NCBI RefSeq assembly: GCF_011745625.1
Contig: NW_027191510.1
Coordinates: 49,292-69,291, forward strand
Direction: 5' to 3'
Length of the DNA stretch: 20,000 bases
Origin: Cladosporium halotolerans
Taxonomy: Eukaryota
Of the stretch, positions 9,938 to 20,000 are shown piece after piece. The notes beneath the pieces were generated by a model, which saw only the letters and a list, made by a program, of their open reading frames with translations, was not told the origin of the DNA and made no database searches. Each line of letters begins with the position of its first letter. Position 1 is the first letter of the stretch. The position numbers and the translations under genes were made by a program.

Positions 9938-10700
9938 GGTAGCGTTGGTGGCAGCTTGTGATGGATTGATTAGGTTGAGAGGGTGATCGATTGATTGGTG
10001 GTTGGTCGGAGAGAAAGCAGGGGCTTGATCGATCGCTGGTGGGTTGGTGTGTCCAGGGAGCAGCGTCAAGGTGCGTTATTATTCTAAGTCTGCGCAACAA
10101 AAGCGCTGTGTCCTGCCAAGGAATATCGCATGTGAATGCTCATGCGGTTAGACCCAGTTCCACCAATCAACGTCGACCCGCGCGGCTGACTTCACTTCAC
10201 GGCAAGCTTCGCGCGACAAAGGAACAATACGTGCAACAAATACAATGCTATTGTCAGTCGGCCTGACTCAGGAGCATCCGATAGCTGCTCTTTATTCTTT
10301 CGAGCACAAAGAAAGTGCAGCGAACAAGGTAAACGTGATCTCCAGCTCAACAAAGCCATTCGGGCTGGTTGTCCCCTCGCGACTCTGTCTACCATGCAGG
10401 CTGCTTTTGGATTGCCATACACACAGCGCAAATGCCATACCGCTCCATGACAGAACCTAAACGGTTGTCTGGTATTAGTAAGTACTGAATGGGGAAAGAT
10501 AAGAGCGCGCGGCACAGACGCATCAAGGCTGGAGACAAAGACTTCTTTAACAAAAGGCGGTATGACCTATAGATTTACCCGGCATAGTGCCCGCACATCG
10601 ATTATGAGGACGACTGTAACATCACACATCTTTTGAAGCTTCAGTTTTGCAAGAGACAATTGTACATACCTCAAATCTGGCAAAAAGCCGCCGCTAACTT

Positions 10701-12067
10701 CTAGAGATCTGACTCGCGGATCAAAGTATCCCGGTTCAAATGATCCGGTCGTGCAGAGACAATTCCTGAGAGGTGCAGCGTAAGCTCCAAGTCACCCAGT
10801 AAGGACTTGAAGACATGAGAAACGCCTGCCCGGCCCCCCAATACAAGACCATAGATATATGGTCGCCCAACCAGAACCATCTTCGCGCCCAGCCCCAAAG
10901 CTTTCGCGATATCCGCGCCGCATCTGATGCCAGAGTCAAACAAGACATCAACCTTCTCGCCTACAGCATCAACGATCCGAGGGAGCATGCCGAGAGAACT
11001 GACGGCACCATCGACCTGGCGGCCACCATGGTTGCTGACAACAATGCCTTGGACGCCGACTTCAACACTTTTCTTCGCGTCTGCCACTGTCTGGATGCCT
11101 TTCAGCACCATCGGCCCCTCCCAGTGCTTCTGCAGGAACTTGATGTCTTCCCAGCCGTGGCTGGTCCCTGGGAAGATGGTGCGAGTCCATTCGGCGACGG
11201 CGGCGCCCATTTCGGCTTCGACTTCGACGCCGTGAGCTTCCTTGAAGCGGCGGCGGAAGACAGGATCGGTCAGGCCGATAGCTGTGCCGATCTGATCGGA
11301 TCGGAGGAAGGGGTTATATCTGGAGTCGTTTGTCAGTCTGCTGGGGTCCTTGAGTTGGCTGGCGGTGGAGAGTGAGGCCTACCCGTTGTCCATGTCGCTG
11401 GGTCGCCAGCCAAGGATATAAGTATCAAGGGTCACCACGAGGGCGGTGTAGCCGGCTTTCTTCGCGCGGTCGAGCATGGAGACGGTAACTTCTTCATCAT
11501 CGTTTTTGGGCCAGTAAAGCTGAAACCATCTTGTGCCATCGCCGTTGGCTTCAGCGACCTCCTCGATGCTGGCGCTTGCCGCCGAGCTCAAGATGTAGGG
11601 GACGTTGTTCTCAGCCGCGGCACGGGCTGCAGCTACTTCGCCGTCAGGATTGAAGATGCCTGCTCGATTCATTAGAAGCCGACAATGACTTTTGAGCTGG
11701 CGAGTAGCATACGCTGCACGCCCACTGGAGCCGCAGCAATGGGAAACTGCAACTCCTGCCCAAGCACTTTCGTGCTCAAGTCCGGCAGGTCTTCGGTCCG
11801 GACGAGGCGGTTGGGTACGATGGACCACCTTTGGAAGGCGTCCCTGTTCTTTCTTGCAGTCTCCCCTGTGCCAGCGTTGCCAATGACATAGCCTTTGCTG
11901 GTAGCGGACATTTGGGCCGACGCTTGCCGTTCCCATTCATGCGCGTGGAAAGTGAAGGGCGGGCGCTCATACTGCAACCCTTTTTGATATACAGACTTTT
12001 CGTACTCGACGGGATTTTCCACCACGTGCAGCTTCTGGCCGGGCTGGCGTGCGTTGGTGTCATTCAT
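10701..12067 (-). CDS. FMN-dependent alpha-hydroxy acid oxidase, lactate 2-monooxygenase-like, 416 aa; exons 12067-11713, 11659-11383, 11319-10701
   Basis: GYVIGNAGTGET-x-x-x-NR, APVGVQ, WFQLYWP, LVVTLDT-x-x-LGWRP, LKGIQ, VSNHGGRQ, DSGIRCGAD and GRPY motifs. Introns 11712-11660 (GTATGC...CTAAT...CAG) and 11382-11320 (GTAGGC...CTGAC...CAG) join three ORF pieces in frame. Confidence 0.93.
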
Positions 12068-13238
12068 GGTGGCGTCTGATGTTGCAAGTTGTCTGGCGAC
12101 GCTGCGAATGCTATCCCATCAATGTTTCCTGAATATCTTTACCGCCACCATCGACGACGGACTTTGGCCCTTAGGCAGGGCCACGGATGATGTTGCCGAC
12201 CTATTCGTGTTCATGACGTATGTAGAATCTGCTGAGCTTCAATGGGGACCCACAGGAGCCTGACGCCAGATTTGTCGGTCGGAACGAAGGCTGTGACGAC
12301 GCAGTCGGATCGAGTAACGGGGATAGACAGGTCGTATCTCAAGACAAGTAGGATCTGTGCGGTTTGGCCCATCTGCATCAAATGGATTCTGCATGTCGCT
12401 TCTGCGAAGTCTTTCTGGTTGTCGATCGTGGAAGTTCGGGGCAAAACGTCACTCAGCTTGAGCCCCCACTTCCGCGGGCGGCTCTCTCACGCGACAACTC
12501 TTATGATAATATGATCTCGTATGCGGCTTTTGAATTGCTTGGTGACGCTTCGATATAGTCTGGAAATGGGCGTCCTTAGCCAACTTCCAAATGCATTGAT
12601 CCATATCTCTATCAAACCACCACGTACCCAATCGCTCAGGTGATCAATCAAAACAGCGTCAGATTTGCTGGTCCCAATCGAATTGTTCATCAATTTAGCC
12701 TCGATCTCACTGATCTCAAGCAATCAATACCAGATAGACGGATAGTGCTCGTCTGAGATCGGGATATTGTAGATACACCTCGCCCTTGCGACCAGGTACA
12801 TATCACGTGGCTGTAACAAGACCGCACCACGGAACATTGTGCTGGCATGTCTGCGGTCTCGAAGCTGCCCCTGCGTAGCCTGAAATCTGCGCCACAGCCC
12901 CCGAGTACCACTTCATCACGTTTCCGTGGAGAAGACGAGATGCTAGATTTTTGATATTCCCTGGTGCGCTGAGAACACGCATGACTAGTCGAGCTTGCAG
13001 CCTTATTGCGCCGACTGCAATGGCTGGCGACGTCATCATGGTGGTATGGCCCCACGAGGGTCGTCCGCTCCGAACTTCCGATGGCGCTCTGGACTCCGGA
13101 TCCATCGACACCATAGCGCCTGCTACAGAACAACTACACAGAAATACTGAGCGGTACAATATCTTGGAATCGTCGATTGGGGTCATTGATCACAGGCGCA
13201 AAAGAAAGAACCTCTCAACCTCAGGCCTGCCTTCAAAC

Positions 13239-15016
13239 ATGAGTGCAAGTAAATTCTCACATCTGCCGCGCGCATTCAATGGAGCCCGCGAATGTCCACT
13301 GATAGTAGGATTGGACATAAGACCTCAGAACGCGCAATTTCATGGACTGATGTCGACCAGGGCACTGCCGTTCTCGAGAACCCCAGATTCAACAAAGGCT
13401 CCGTCTTCCCCGATGACGAACGACGGGAATTCGGACTCCGAGGCCTCCTACCAAGACGAGTCCAAACGGTCGAGCAGCAGCTCGATCGGGCATACCGCCA
13501 GTACAAGGAGCGCAGCACAGACGTCGGCAAGAACACGTTCATGGCGTCGCTCAAAGACCAGAACGAAGTGCTTTACTTCATGCTCATCCAGCAGCACCTC
13601 AAGGAGATGTTCCCCGTCATCTACACACCAACGGAAGGCGATGCCATCGCAAATTACAGCCGTCTATTCCGCACACCGGAGGGCACATTCCTCACGATAG
13701 ACAAGCCTGACGAGATCCAAGCCAGCCTCGACCAGTCCAGCGCAAAGCCAGAGGACGTCGACATTATCGTCGTCAGCGACGGCGAGCAGATCCTCGGCAT
13801 CGGCGACCAGGGCGTCGGCGGCGTTCTCATCTCCATCGCCAAACTGGTCCTTTACACCCTCTGCGCTGGCGTTCATCCCAACCGCACGCTCCCCGTCGTC
13901 CTTGACTGCGGCACCAACAACCAGGAGTTACTCAACGACGAACATTACTTAGGCTACCCACATCCGCGCGTGAGAGGCGAAACCTACGATTCCTTCGTCG
14001 AGGCCTTCGTCGAAGCGGCTCACAAACGATTTCCCAACGCCCTGGTCCACTTCGAAGATTTCGGTGTGCACAACGCGCGGCGCATACTAGACAAATACTC
14101 CCCCAAGCTCGCCTGCTTCAACGACGACGTTCAAGGAACCGGCTGCGTGACTCTCGCGGCCGTGACAGCTGCCGCACACGTCGCAGGCCTGAAGGTCAGC
14201 GACCTTCGCTGCGTGATGTACGGCGCTGGGTCCGCGGGCACGGGCATCGCTGACCAGATCGCGGATGCCATCTCGCTCGAAAGCGGCAAGTCGAAGGATG
14301 AAGCGAAGCGCCAGATCGTTTGCATTGACAAGCAAGGCGTGCTGCTGCAGAGCATGAGAGACGAGCTCAACGATGCGCAGCAGAGCTACGCACAAGCCGA
14401 CGACGATTGGAAAGCTTCTGACCCGAAGTCGCTGCTGGAAGTGATCAAAAACATCAAACCGCACGTCCTCATTGGGACGTCGACGCAGCCCGGCGCATTT
14501 ACACAGGGCTTAGTGAGGGAGATGGCGAAGCACGCCGACCGGCCTATCATCTTCCCGCTATCAAACCCAACTCGGTTGCACGAGGCGCAGCCACAGGATC
14601 TCTTTGCATGGACGGACGGGCGTGTGCTGACCGCCACTGGCTCTCCGTTCGACCCCGTCGAGAGTGGCGGCAAGAAGCGCGAGATTGCGGAGTGCAACAA
14701 CAGCACCGTCTTCCCCGGCATTGGCCTGGGAGCGGTGTTGTCTCGCGCGAGGCTGGTCACGTCCGCAATGCTGGTGGAGGCGACGAAAGCTCTGGCGGCG
14801 CAGGCGCCGGCGCTGCAAGACCCAGATGCGGCGCTGCTGCCAGACGTGCAGGACGTGAGGGAGATCAGTGTCAAGATTGCTGCGGCTGTGGTGAGGCAGG
14901 CAGAGAAAGAGGGGATGGCGCGGCAGGAGGGGATTCCGAAGAATGATGGGGATTTGGAGGAGTGGATTCGCGTGCAGATGTGGAGGGCAGAGTATCGGCC
15001 ACTGAAGAAGGTCTGA
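13239..15016 (+). CDS. MAE1: Malic enzyme (NAD(P)-dependent malate dehydrogenase, decarboxylating), 573 aa; exons 13239-13304 and 13361-15016
   Basis: FNKGSVF, IYTPTEG, DGEQILGIGDQG, HFEDFG, FNDDVQGTG, GAGSAG, IFPLSNPT and ECNN-x-x-x-FPGIGLG motifs. The upstream exon MSASKFSHLPRAFNGARECPLI resembles fungal malic-enzyme N-termini; intron 13305-13360 (GTAGGA...CTGAT...CCAG). Confidence 0.95.
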
Positions 15017-15492
15017 GGAAGACGGAGATGGCGGGAGAGTTATTTCAACGATGCTGCAACGATCAGTGATGCATTCACCGTGTGAGCTCTAGTTGATCAA
15101 GCCTCACTCCAACACTGCTGTAAAACGGATATGGACTGGCCGTGTGCCTTGCCTATGTGGAACACAAGTGCTTGATACAGTGGCTGCTGAGCGCTGGCAT
15201 TGACAGCGCAAGACGCTCGCCAAGCAGCAAGTATACTCAAAGGCGTCGCTTGGAATCAAAGACGGTGCTGGCAATAATGCAGCTGCGTCCACGCAGCGGC
15301 CGATTCGATAGTCAGAGACGACGAATGGCCATACTCTGGATGATTCAGATCCAAAATGCAGCAGCAGAATCAATCAAAAGCTGCCTCTTGTGCTTTCCCC
15401 ACGTTGTATGAAATCGCCCCCTTGTACTCATTAAAGTGTATCCTGCTGATGCTGCTCGTTGCTTTCACCCTCCATCGCTGCGTTCCCACCTC

Positions 15493-16483
15493 TTACAGCC
15501 TCGCCTTCCCGTCTTCACGAACAAGATAGCCCGCCCTCGGGAAATGCAATCTCACGCCCGTCTCCAAGCCCAGTACAATCTCATATTTGCCGGTCCCGAT
15601 CAACTTCCCCTTCTGCGGGTGCGCCCCGGGCTTCGTATCCGCATTCTCAACCGTGACGGGTGTCCCCTGCGCGATTCCAAGGGGGTCGCTCGCTGCGACG
15701 GAGAAGGAGTGAGAGCTGGTAGCGGGCGAGGAGAGGATGGCGGCGTGCGCGTCTTGCTTGTTGAGGACTTTGGCGGCGGGCTTTTTGGGAAGCGCGGAGA
15801 TCAAAGAGTACACGCGCGGGTACGTGCTTTGGTCGAGGTTGGGGTAGCGCTTCGCTGCGCCTGTGTGGAGAGGTGCCGTCAGTGGAGAAAAGATGTGAAT
15901 TGGTATGAGAGGAGATCATACCCAGGTCCTGCAAAACCCATCTCAGCGCCCAGATAATATGGATGTCCGCCAGGCTCAGCGGCGCGCCCTCCTTGCGGTC
16001 AGCAAGGTAGACATCCTCCACCCACGCAAGACGGCTCTTCAGATCTGCAAGCGCAATGGGCTGCTGCGCCTTGAGGCGTTCGGGATGCGCGAGCAGCGGG
16101 AAAATGGTCTCGCGATCGCTCACGAATTGCGGCGTGAGAGCCTGCACCGGAAGCAGCGGGACCACGGTCTTGAAAGTGTCATTGCCCCATAGTTCGTAAG
16201 CCTTATCCGCCTTGCTGGTCTCAATCTTGTGTTTCCCACCAAGCTCGTTGAGGATGACGTCGATGATGGCGGCGGAGTCGGCGTAGACGTCGCGCCCGAC
16301 TGCAAGGAGGGGGATGCGGCGGTAGGTGATTCCGAGATCTTCGAGCTCGGGGCGCGGGAGGACGGGCGGTTGGGTCAGCTCAGAGTAGGGGATACCGGCA
16401 GCTGTGAGGATGTAGTGGATTTTCTGGGCGTAGGGCGAGGTCTTGTACGAGAAGAGGACAGGAGTCGGTGTTTGGGAAGACAT
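15493..16483 (-). CDS. Glutathione S-transferase N-terminal-domain protein (fungal GST-like), 309 aa, C-terminal PTS1 (-ARL); exons 16483-15922 and 15860-15493
   Basis: SPYAQK, QPPVLPRPEL-x-x-LGITYRRIPLLAVGRDVYADS, SLADIH and C-terminal G-x-L...RLHFPRAGY motifs. Intron 15921-15861 (GTATGA...CTGAC...ACAG) joins the 16483 and 15813 ORFs. Confidence 0.9.
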
Positions 16484-16685
16484 GGTGGGCAGATGGTCCT
16501 GCTGAGATGTAGAAAAATAAGGAGAGACCCAAATGAAACGACGAGCAGCGAGATAGAGAGCGATACCTACTTTCTAATGGTCTCGGGGCGCACCAATAAC
16601 GCGACAGATGGATGCCGATCGTGCCTAGGCTAAATGATGTTGCGGAGGAGGTGGGGGTTCGGTGGTTCTCTTCGAAGCTGCTGGG

Positions 16686-16768
16686 CCGAGGCTCAGCGAT
16701 TTCATGGCAACGGCCAAGTTCGTCAAGGCTTTTGCGACAATCGCCGTTACTAATGATCAGCGCCGAGG
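16686..16768. promoter_or_regulatory. Two CCGAGG (FarA/FarB-Ctf1-type CCTCGG) motifs upstream of the GST-like gene
   Basis: CCGAGG at 16686-16691 and 16763-16768, about 200-285 bp upstream of the ATG at 16483. The gene product has a PTS1, which fits a fatty-acid/peroxisome regulon. A 6-mer can occur by chance. Confidence 0.35.
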
Positions 16769-16991
16769 CATATTCGTTGCGGAACATCTTTTGTGACGAC
16801 GAAACTTACAAGGTGCACAGGAAGAAGTGTAGTTCAATACCGGGTATCGAAGCTCAATGAGGCTGGGCGGCAGAGAAACGGCTTCCGATGTACAACATCG
16901 CAAATACCTGGCTGGTGATTTATTCGTTCGATGGAGTCTAATCTGCTCTCGAGAGCATTCCTCGTCTATTTATCATTATCATTATCTACAT

Positions 16992-18299
16992 TCACTTCAT
17001 GAACCGTCCGGCGAACCCCTTCACCTTGTCCCTCAACCCACCATGGCCAGGCGGGGGCGGAGGCGGCGGCCTGTCGTATCCCCCACTCCCACCCTCACCA
17101 CCAGAAGGCGGCGGCGGAGGCGGCGCGCGATCATAACCACCGCCGCCCTGCTGCTGCAAGGCAGCGTTTCCTCCTCCCGCCGCGCTCTTGCCTCCCACGC
17201 TCACAGTAAACAGTACGGGATCACCTGCATTCACCTTTCCGCTCTGGTCCTCGCCGCCTTCAGGCTGCACGTCATCGTACGCGAAAGCGTAGCCCTTGCG
17301 ATCGACATTGTGTACGTGTACCAGCCGCGCGTAGTGGTTCGTCGGGTCGTGAGAGTAGAAAGTGCCTGGGTCGCTGGGATGGTGCTCGCACTTCAGGAGC
17401 GCAGTGCGGTGGAAGGCGGCAGCCAGGCGAGGGATGATGGCGTTACGGGTGGGGTTGGGGCCCGTGGTGAAGGGGCCGGAGTTGCAACCCAGGATGTCGT
17501 TCGTGTTGGGCTTCTCGAACTCCTCATCGCCGACTTTGAATTTGCCTGACGAAGTGATGTGGCCCTTGAGCACGCCGGGACCGGCTTGCGTGTCAATCTG
17601 ACAGTGTGCACCGCTGGAGTATTTCTGCCAGACTTGCTCGACGTAGTCTTCGAAATAGCCCGAGAAGTCGGCGCCGACGGCTCCACCGTGTGTCGCGTTG
17701 AGAACGCGAAGAGGCTTGCCTTCTCTTTCTACGACCAACTTGCTCCATGGCTTGCCGTCTTGTTGTTCCTGCTGTCTGAGGTCTGCCGCTAGCTTTTCAA
17801 TCCCATCTGGTGGCATGCCGGCCACATCTTGCCGCTGTCCGCTCGCTTGCTGTAGGCTGATCGCGATGGGCAGCGCAGGTGCCATGTCCACGTAGCTGAT
17901 GTTGGCGTAGAGCTGGGCATCGTTGAGGGTGAACTCGGCGAAGCCGAAGTCGACGTCCGCGTTCGGGTCGCTGGGGTTCAGCACGCTGGGCTCGACAAGC
18001 GCAGGCCCAGGGTTGAGGAGGAAGGTGAGCTTCTTTCCTCGCGCGATCCAGATGCGGCCGCCGGCGATTTGAGGGATGGTGACTGTGACTGTATTGCCAT
18101 GGGGGCCGAGCGGGATGGCGCAGTCTTCGGATAAGGGCGTGCCGATTGCAGGAGGGTTTTGGGGAAAGTAGAGGGAGTGGCCATCGGGTTTGAGGATACA
18201 GCGTTGGCCGCCTTCCTGGATCGCGATACCGGTGATATAGGCCCAAAGCTGGTCGGTGTCGGAATCGTTGTGGAGCGCGACTTGGAGGGAGTCGGGCAT
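16992..18299 (-). CDS. Glycoside hydrolase family 64 beta-1,3-glucanase, 435 aa, intronless, no signal peptide
   Basis: AYITG, PQIAGGRIW, LVEPSVLNPSDPN, FAEFTLN, ANISYVD, NSGPF, IPRLAAAF, TNHYARLVH and GYAFAYDDV motifs typical of fungal GH64. Confidence 0.93.
   Translation of the reverse strand: MPDSLQVALHNDSDTDQLWAYITGIAIQEGGQRCILKPDGHSLYFPQNPPAIGTPLSEDCAIPLGPHGNTVTVTIPQIAGGRIWIARGKKLTFLLNPGPALVEPSVLNPSDPNADVDFGFAEFTLNDAQLYANISYVDMAPALPIAISLQQASGQRQDVAGMPPDGIEKLAADLRQQEQQDGKPWSKLVVEREGKPLRVLNATHGGAVGADFSGYFEDYVEQVWQKYSSGAHCQIDTQAGPGVLKGHITSSGKFKVGDEEFEKPNTNDILGCNSGPFTTGPNPTRNAIIPRLAAAFHRTALLKCEHHPSDPGTFYSHDPTNHYARLVHVHNVDRKGYAFAYDDVQPEGGEDQSGKVNAGDPVLFTVSVGGKSAAGGGNAALQQQGGGGYDRAPPPPPPSGGEGGSGGYDRPPPPPPPGHGGLRDKVKGFAGRFMK
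17049..17148 (-). repeat. Coding tandem duplication GGYDR(A/P)PPPPPP x2 in the GH64 C-terminal tail
   Basis: Protein reads ...GGGGYDRAPPPPPPSGGEGGSGGYDRPPPPPPPGHGG...; corresponding GGC/GGCGG-rich repeats on the + strand. Confidence 0.85.
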
Positions 18300-20000
18300 G
18301 CTGGGCGATGGACGCGTCGTGGGTGAGAGGGGGGGGGCGGGAGGAAATGAACTATAGTATTGGTCCTACCTGTGAGATTTCACCAGCAGCATTGGCGAAG
18401 GATATATTATACGAGCAAAGATGTTGATGTAGGTAGGTGTACTTGGCTCAAAGTTGGCAGATGCTGGCTTTCTTGGTGCCAAAAGCCGACGGCCCCCGCT
18501 GACATCACCGTTGGCCAGTCCCTCTCGTCCCTTTGGTCCTCGACGATGAAAGTTGGACGTAATTAGCCGCCGTGACATCTCCGGACATGCACGTCGTCGT
18601 TATTATTATTCTTGATATTCATCATGGCTTGGCTGCTTCTCCGACTGGCATCTGTCTCCAAAAAGACAGTATCGACACGGAGGAGCCGAGCAAGCGGGAG
18701 ATGCTGCGCTGGAATGGCACAGGAGCGCAGAATAGATATGGACGAGCCCTGTGCCAGATGCCGTGAGAAACAAGTCAGCAGCTATCTGAACGTAAGACTG
18801 CATCATGATCACAAGATCGTTGTCGGCTTTCAAGACCTCTCGCTCGCTGTTTCATCAAAAGAAGCGGCCCGCTGTCAAGAGTCGGTGCGACTATCGCTAA
18901 ATTCAGTAGGTTCTGGCTAAGGCAACAAAAGAACGACTGTCTGAGAAGCTGTCCTGTTCGTCAGTGGAAATAGCAAAGTGTTGATCCCCTAAATCTAGAG
19001 CTATCCATGGAAATCGAGGATATACATCAACTGACGTCGCACAGATAGCTCTAGGAGGTGCGGAAGGCTATGATTGACGATTCATCATCTCTCTCCGGCT
19101 GACCGTCAACGAGCCGCCCGTCCCAGCATGATTGACTTTCGAAGATGCTGTATCAGCTATGCTCATCGAATAATCGGGATTGTAGACGGTAAGACACAGG
19201 CTGGAACCCCCCTATAACGCCCAAAATGTCGTGCGCCGCCCAGTCAAGCCTGGAGGTGAGCCTCAAGCAAAGGCTCTTCAAGCAAGGGTTGACTCACATC
19301 GCATGAAGAAAGGCTGACTCCCTCCAAGGGGCGTCCCCTCCTTCGATCTCTCGACTGACGCGACCGAACTCGAGCGACGAGTCCCGATTAGCACCTTCCT
19401 GCGAACCGAGTCCGCGGATTTTGAGCCTCTCAATCGGCCCGCGAGCACTGAGCATTCAATTCCAAATACTGGCAGCGCAAGCTGTCGTAAAATCGCCCTC
19501 TCAATTGGCCGCTGTGAGCCGCCGCTCGGCAATAACGCTGTCGTTGGTCTCAATGCAACAAATCACGCGAAGCTGATCTCTTTACCAAATCTCAGGCACA
19601 CGAGGAATACGAGTACTCCGCAGCCTTTTGGGATTTCAAGTGTATACTCCGAAGCAGAAGCAGCCAAAATAGCTTACCCTGAGCAGCCCTCCCATCCAGA
19701 CAAGACCAACACGTAGCCAACGACCAGCAATCTCCGGCCGCTTGCAAAGACGTATATTCGCGGCCTTCAGCTCAGTAGCCATGTTGTGCACACCTGGGAG
19801 TCTCGAGCAAAAGATACGCACAAATCAGCCTGACCTTCGCGACCAACGAAGGCAGAATGTGCCTGAAATCAGCATATTACTCGACATGATATTACTGGTG
19901 CCAGTGATGTTGTTGGGTCGGTTCTTATTGGTGCGGTGCTGGTTTGGTTGGTGCTGGCTGGTGCTGGTTCGACTTGATCTGTAAGTGGTTGGTAGTGGTT

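Noticed and set aside
12951..13700. 249-aa + strand ORF overlapping the malic enzyme
   Set aside because: Only 13239-13304 is explained as exon 1 of the malic enzyme; the rest is low-complexity off-frame sequence.
5699..17549. Long antisense or overlapping ORFs (e.g. 5699-6355, 8900-9337, 10815-11375, 15436-15957, 16857-17549)
   Set aside because: Shadow ORFs opposite GC3-rich real genes, with no recognisable motifs.
3637..19460. 14-bp match ACTGAGCATTCAAT at 3637-3650 and 19447-19460 as a possible direct repeat or element boundary
   Set aside because: About one 14-mer match is expected by chance in 20 kb, and the flanks do not extend the similarity.
18345..20000. Possible gene or ncRNA in the last 1.65 kb, including the TGG/GGT-rich end at 19920-20000
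   Set aside because: Only short ORFs with no motifs, no consistent exon chain, and no tRNA/rRNA structure found. The G/T-rich end may be a UTR or low-complexity sequence of a neighbouring gene.
1..20000. Transposon, Starship captain, CRISPR array or RIP-mutated repeat
   Set aside because: No transposase, reverse transcriptase or tyrosine recombinase motifs, no terminal repeats, no arrays and no AT-rich blocks seen in this window.

Overview
Gene-dense fungal (filamentous ascomycete; Dothideomycete-like is my inference) genomic DNA with short 52-67 bp GT-AG introns and no recognisable transposons, RNA genes or AT-rich RIP blocks. Ten protein-coding genes plus one gene remnant, in order: CocE/NonD serine hydrolase (-, runs off the left edge and is missed by the ORF track), HOL1-like MFS transporter (+), a spliced C-terminal remnant resembling MKT1 that starts 9 bp after the MFS stop (+), fumarylacetoacetase-family hydrolase (+), PhyH/KanJ-like Fe(II)/2OG dioxygenase (-), crotonase/enoyl-CoA hydratase-family protein (+), an unrecognised 508-aa protein (-), FMN-dependent alpha-hydroxy-acid oxidase of the lactate 2-monooxygenase type (-), malic enzyme (+), GST-N-domain protein with PTS1 (-), and a GH64 beta-1,3-glucanase lacking a signal peptide and carrying a Pro/Gly repeat tail (-). 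The most notable observations are the MKT1-like remnant, which points to a rearrangement or gene-capture junction, and a candidate catabolic gene cluster of unknown substrate in which two enzymes have non-canonical active-site residues. Family assignments come from motif recognition, not database searches.
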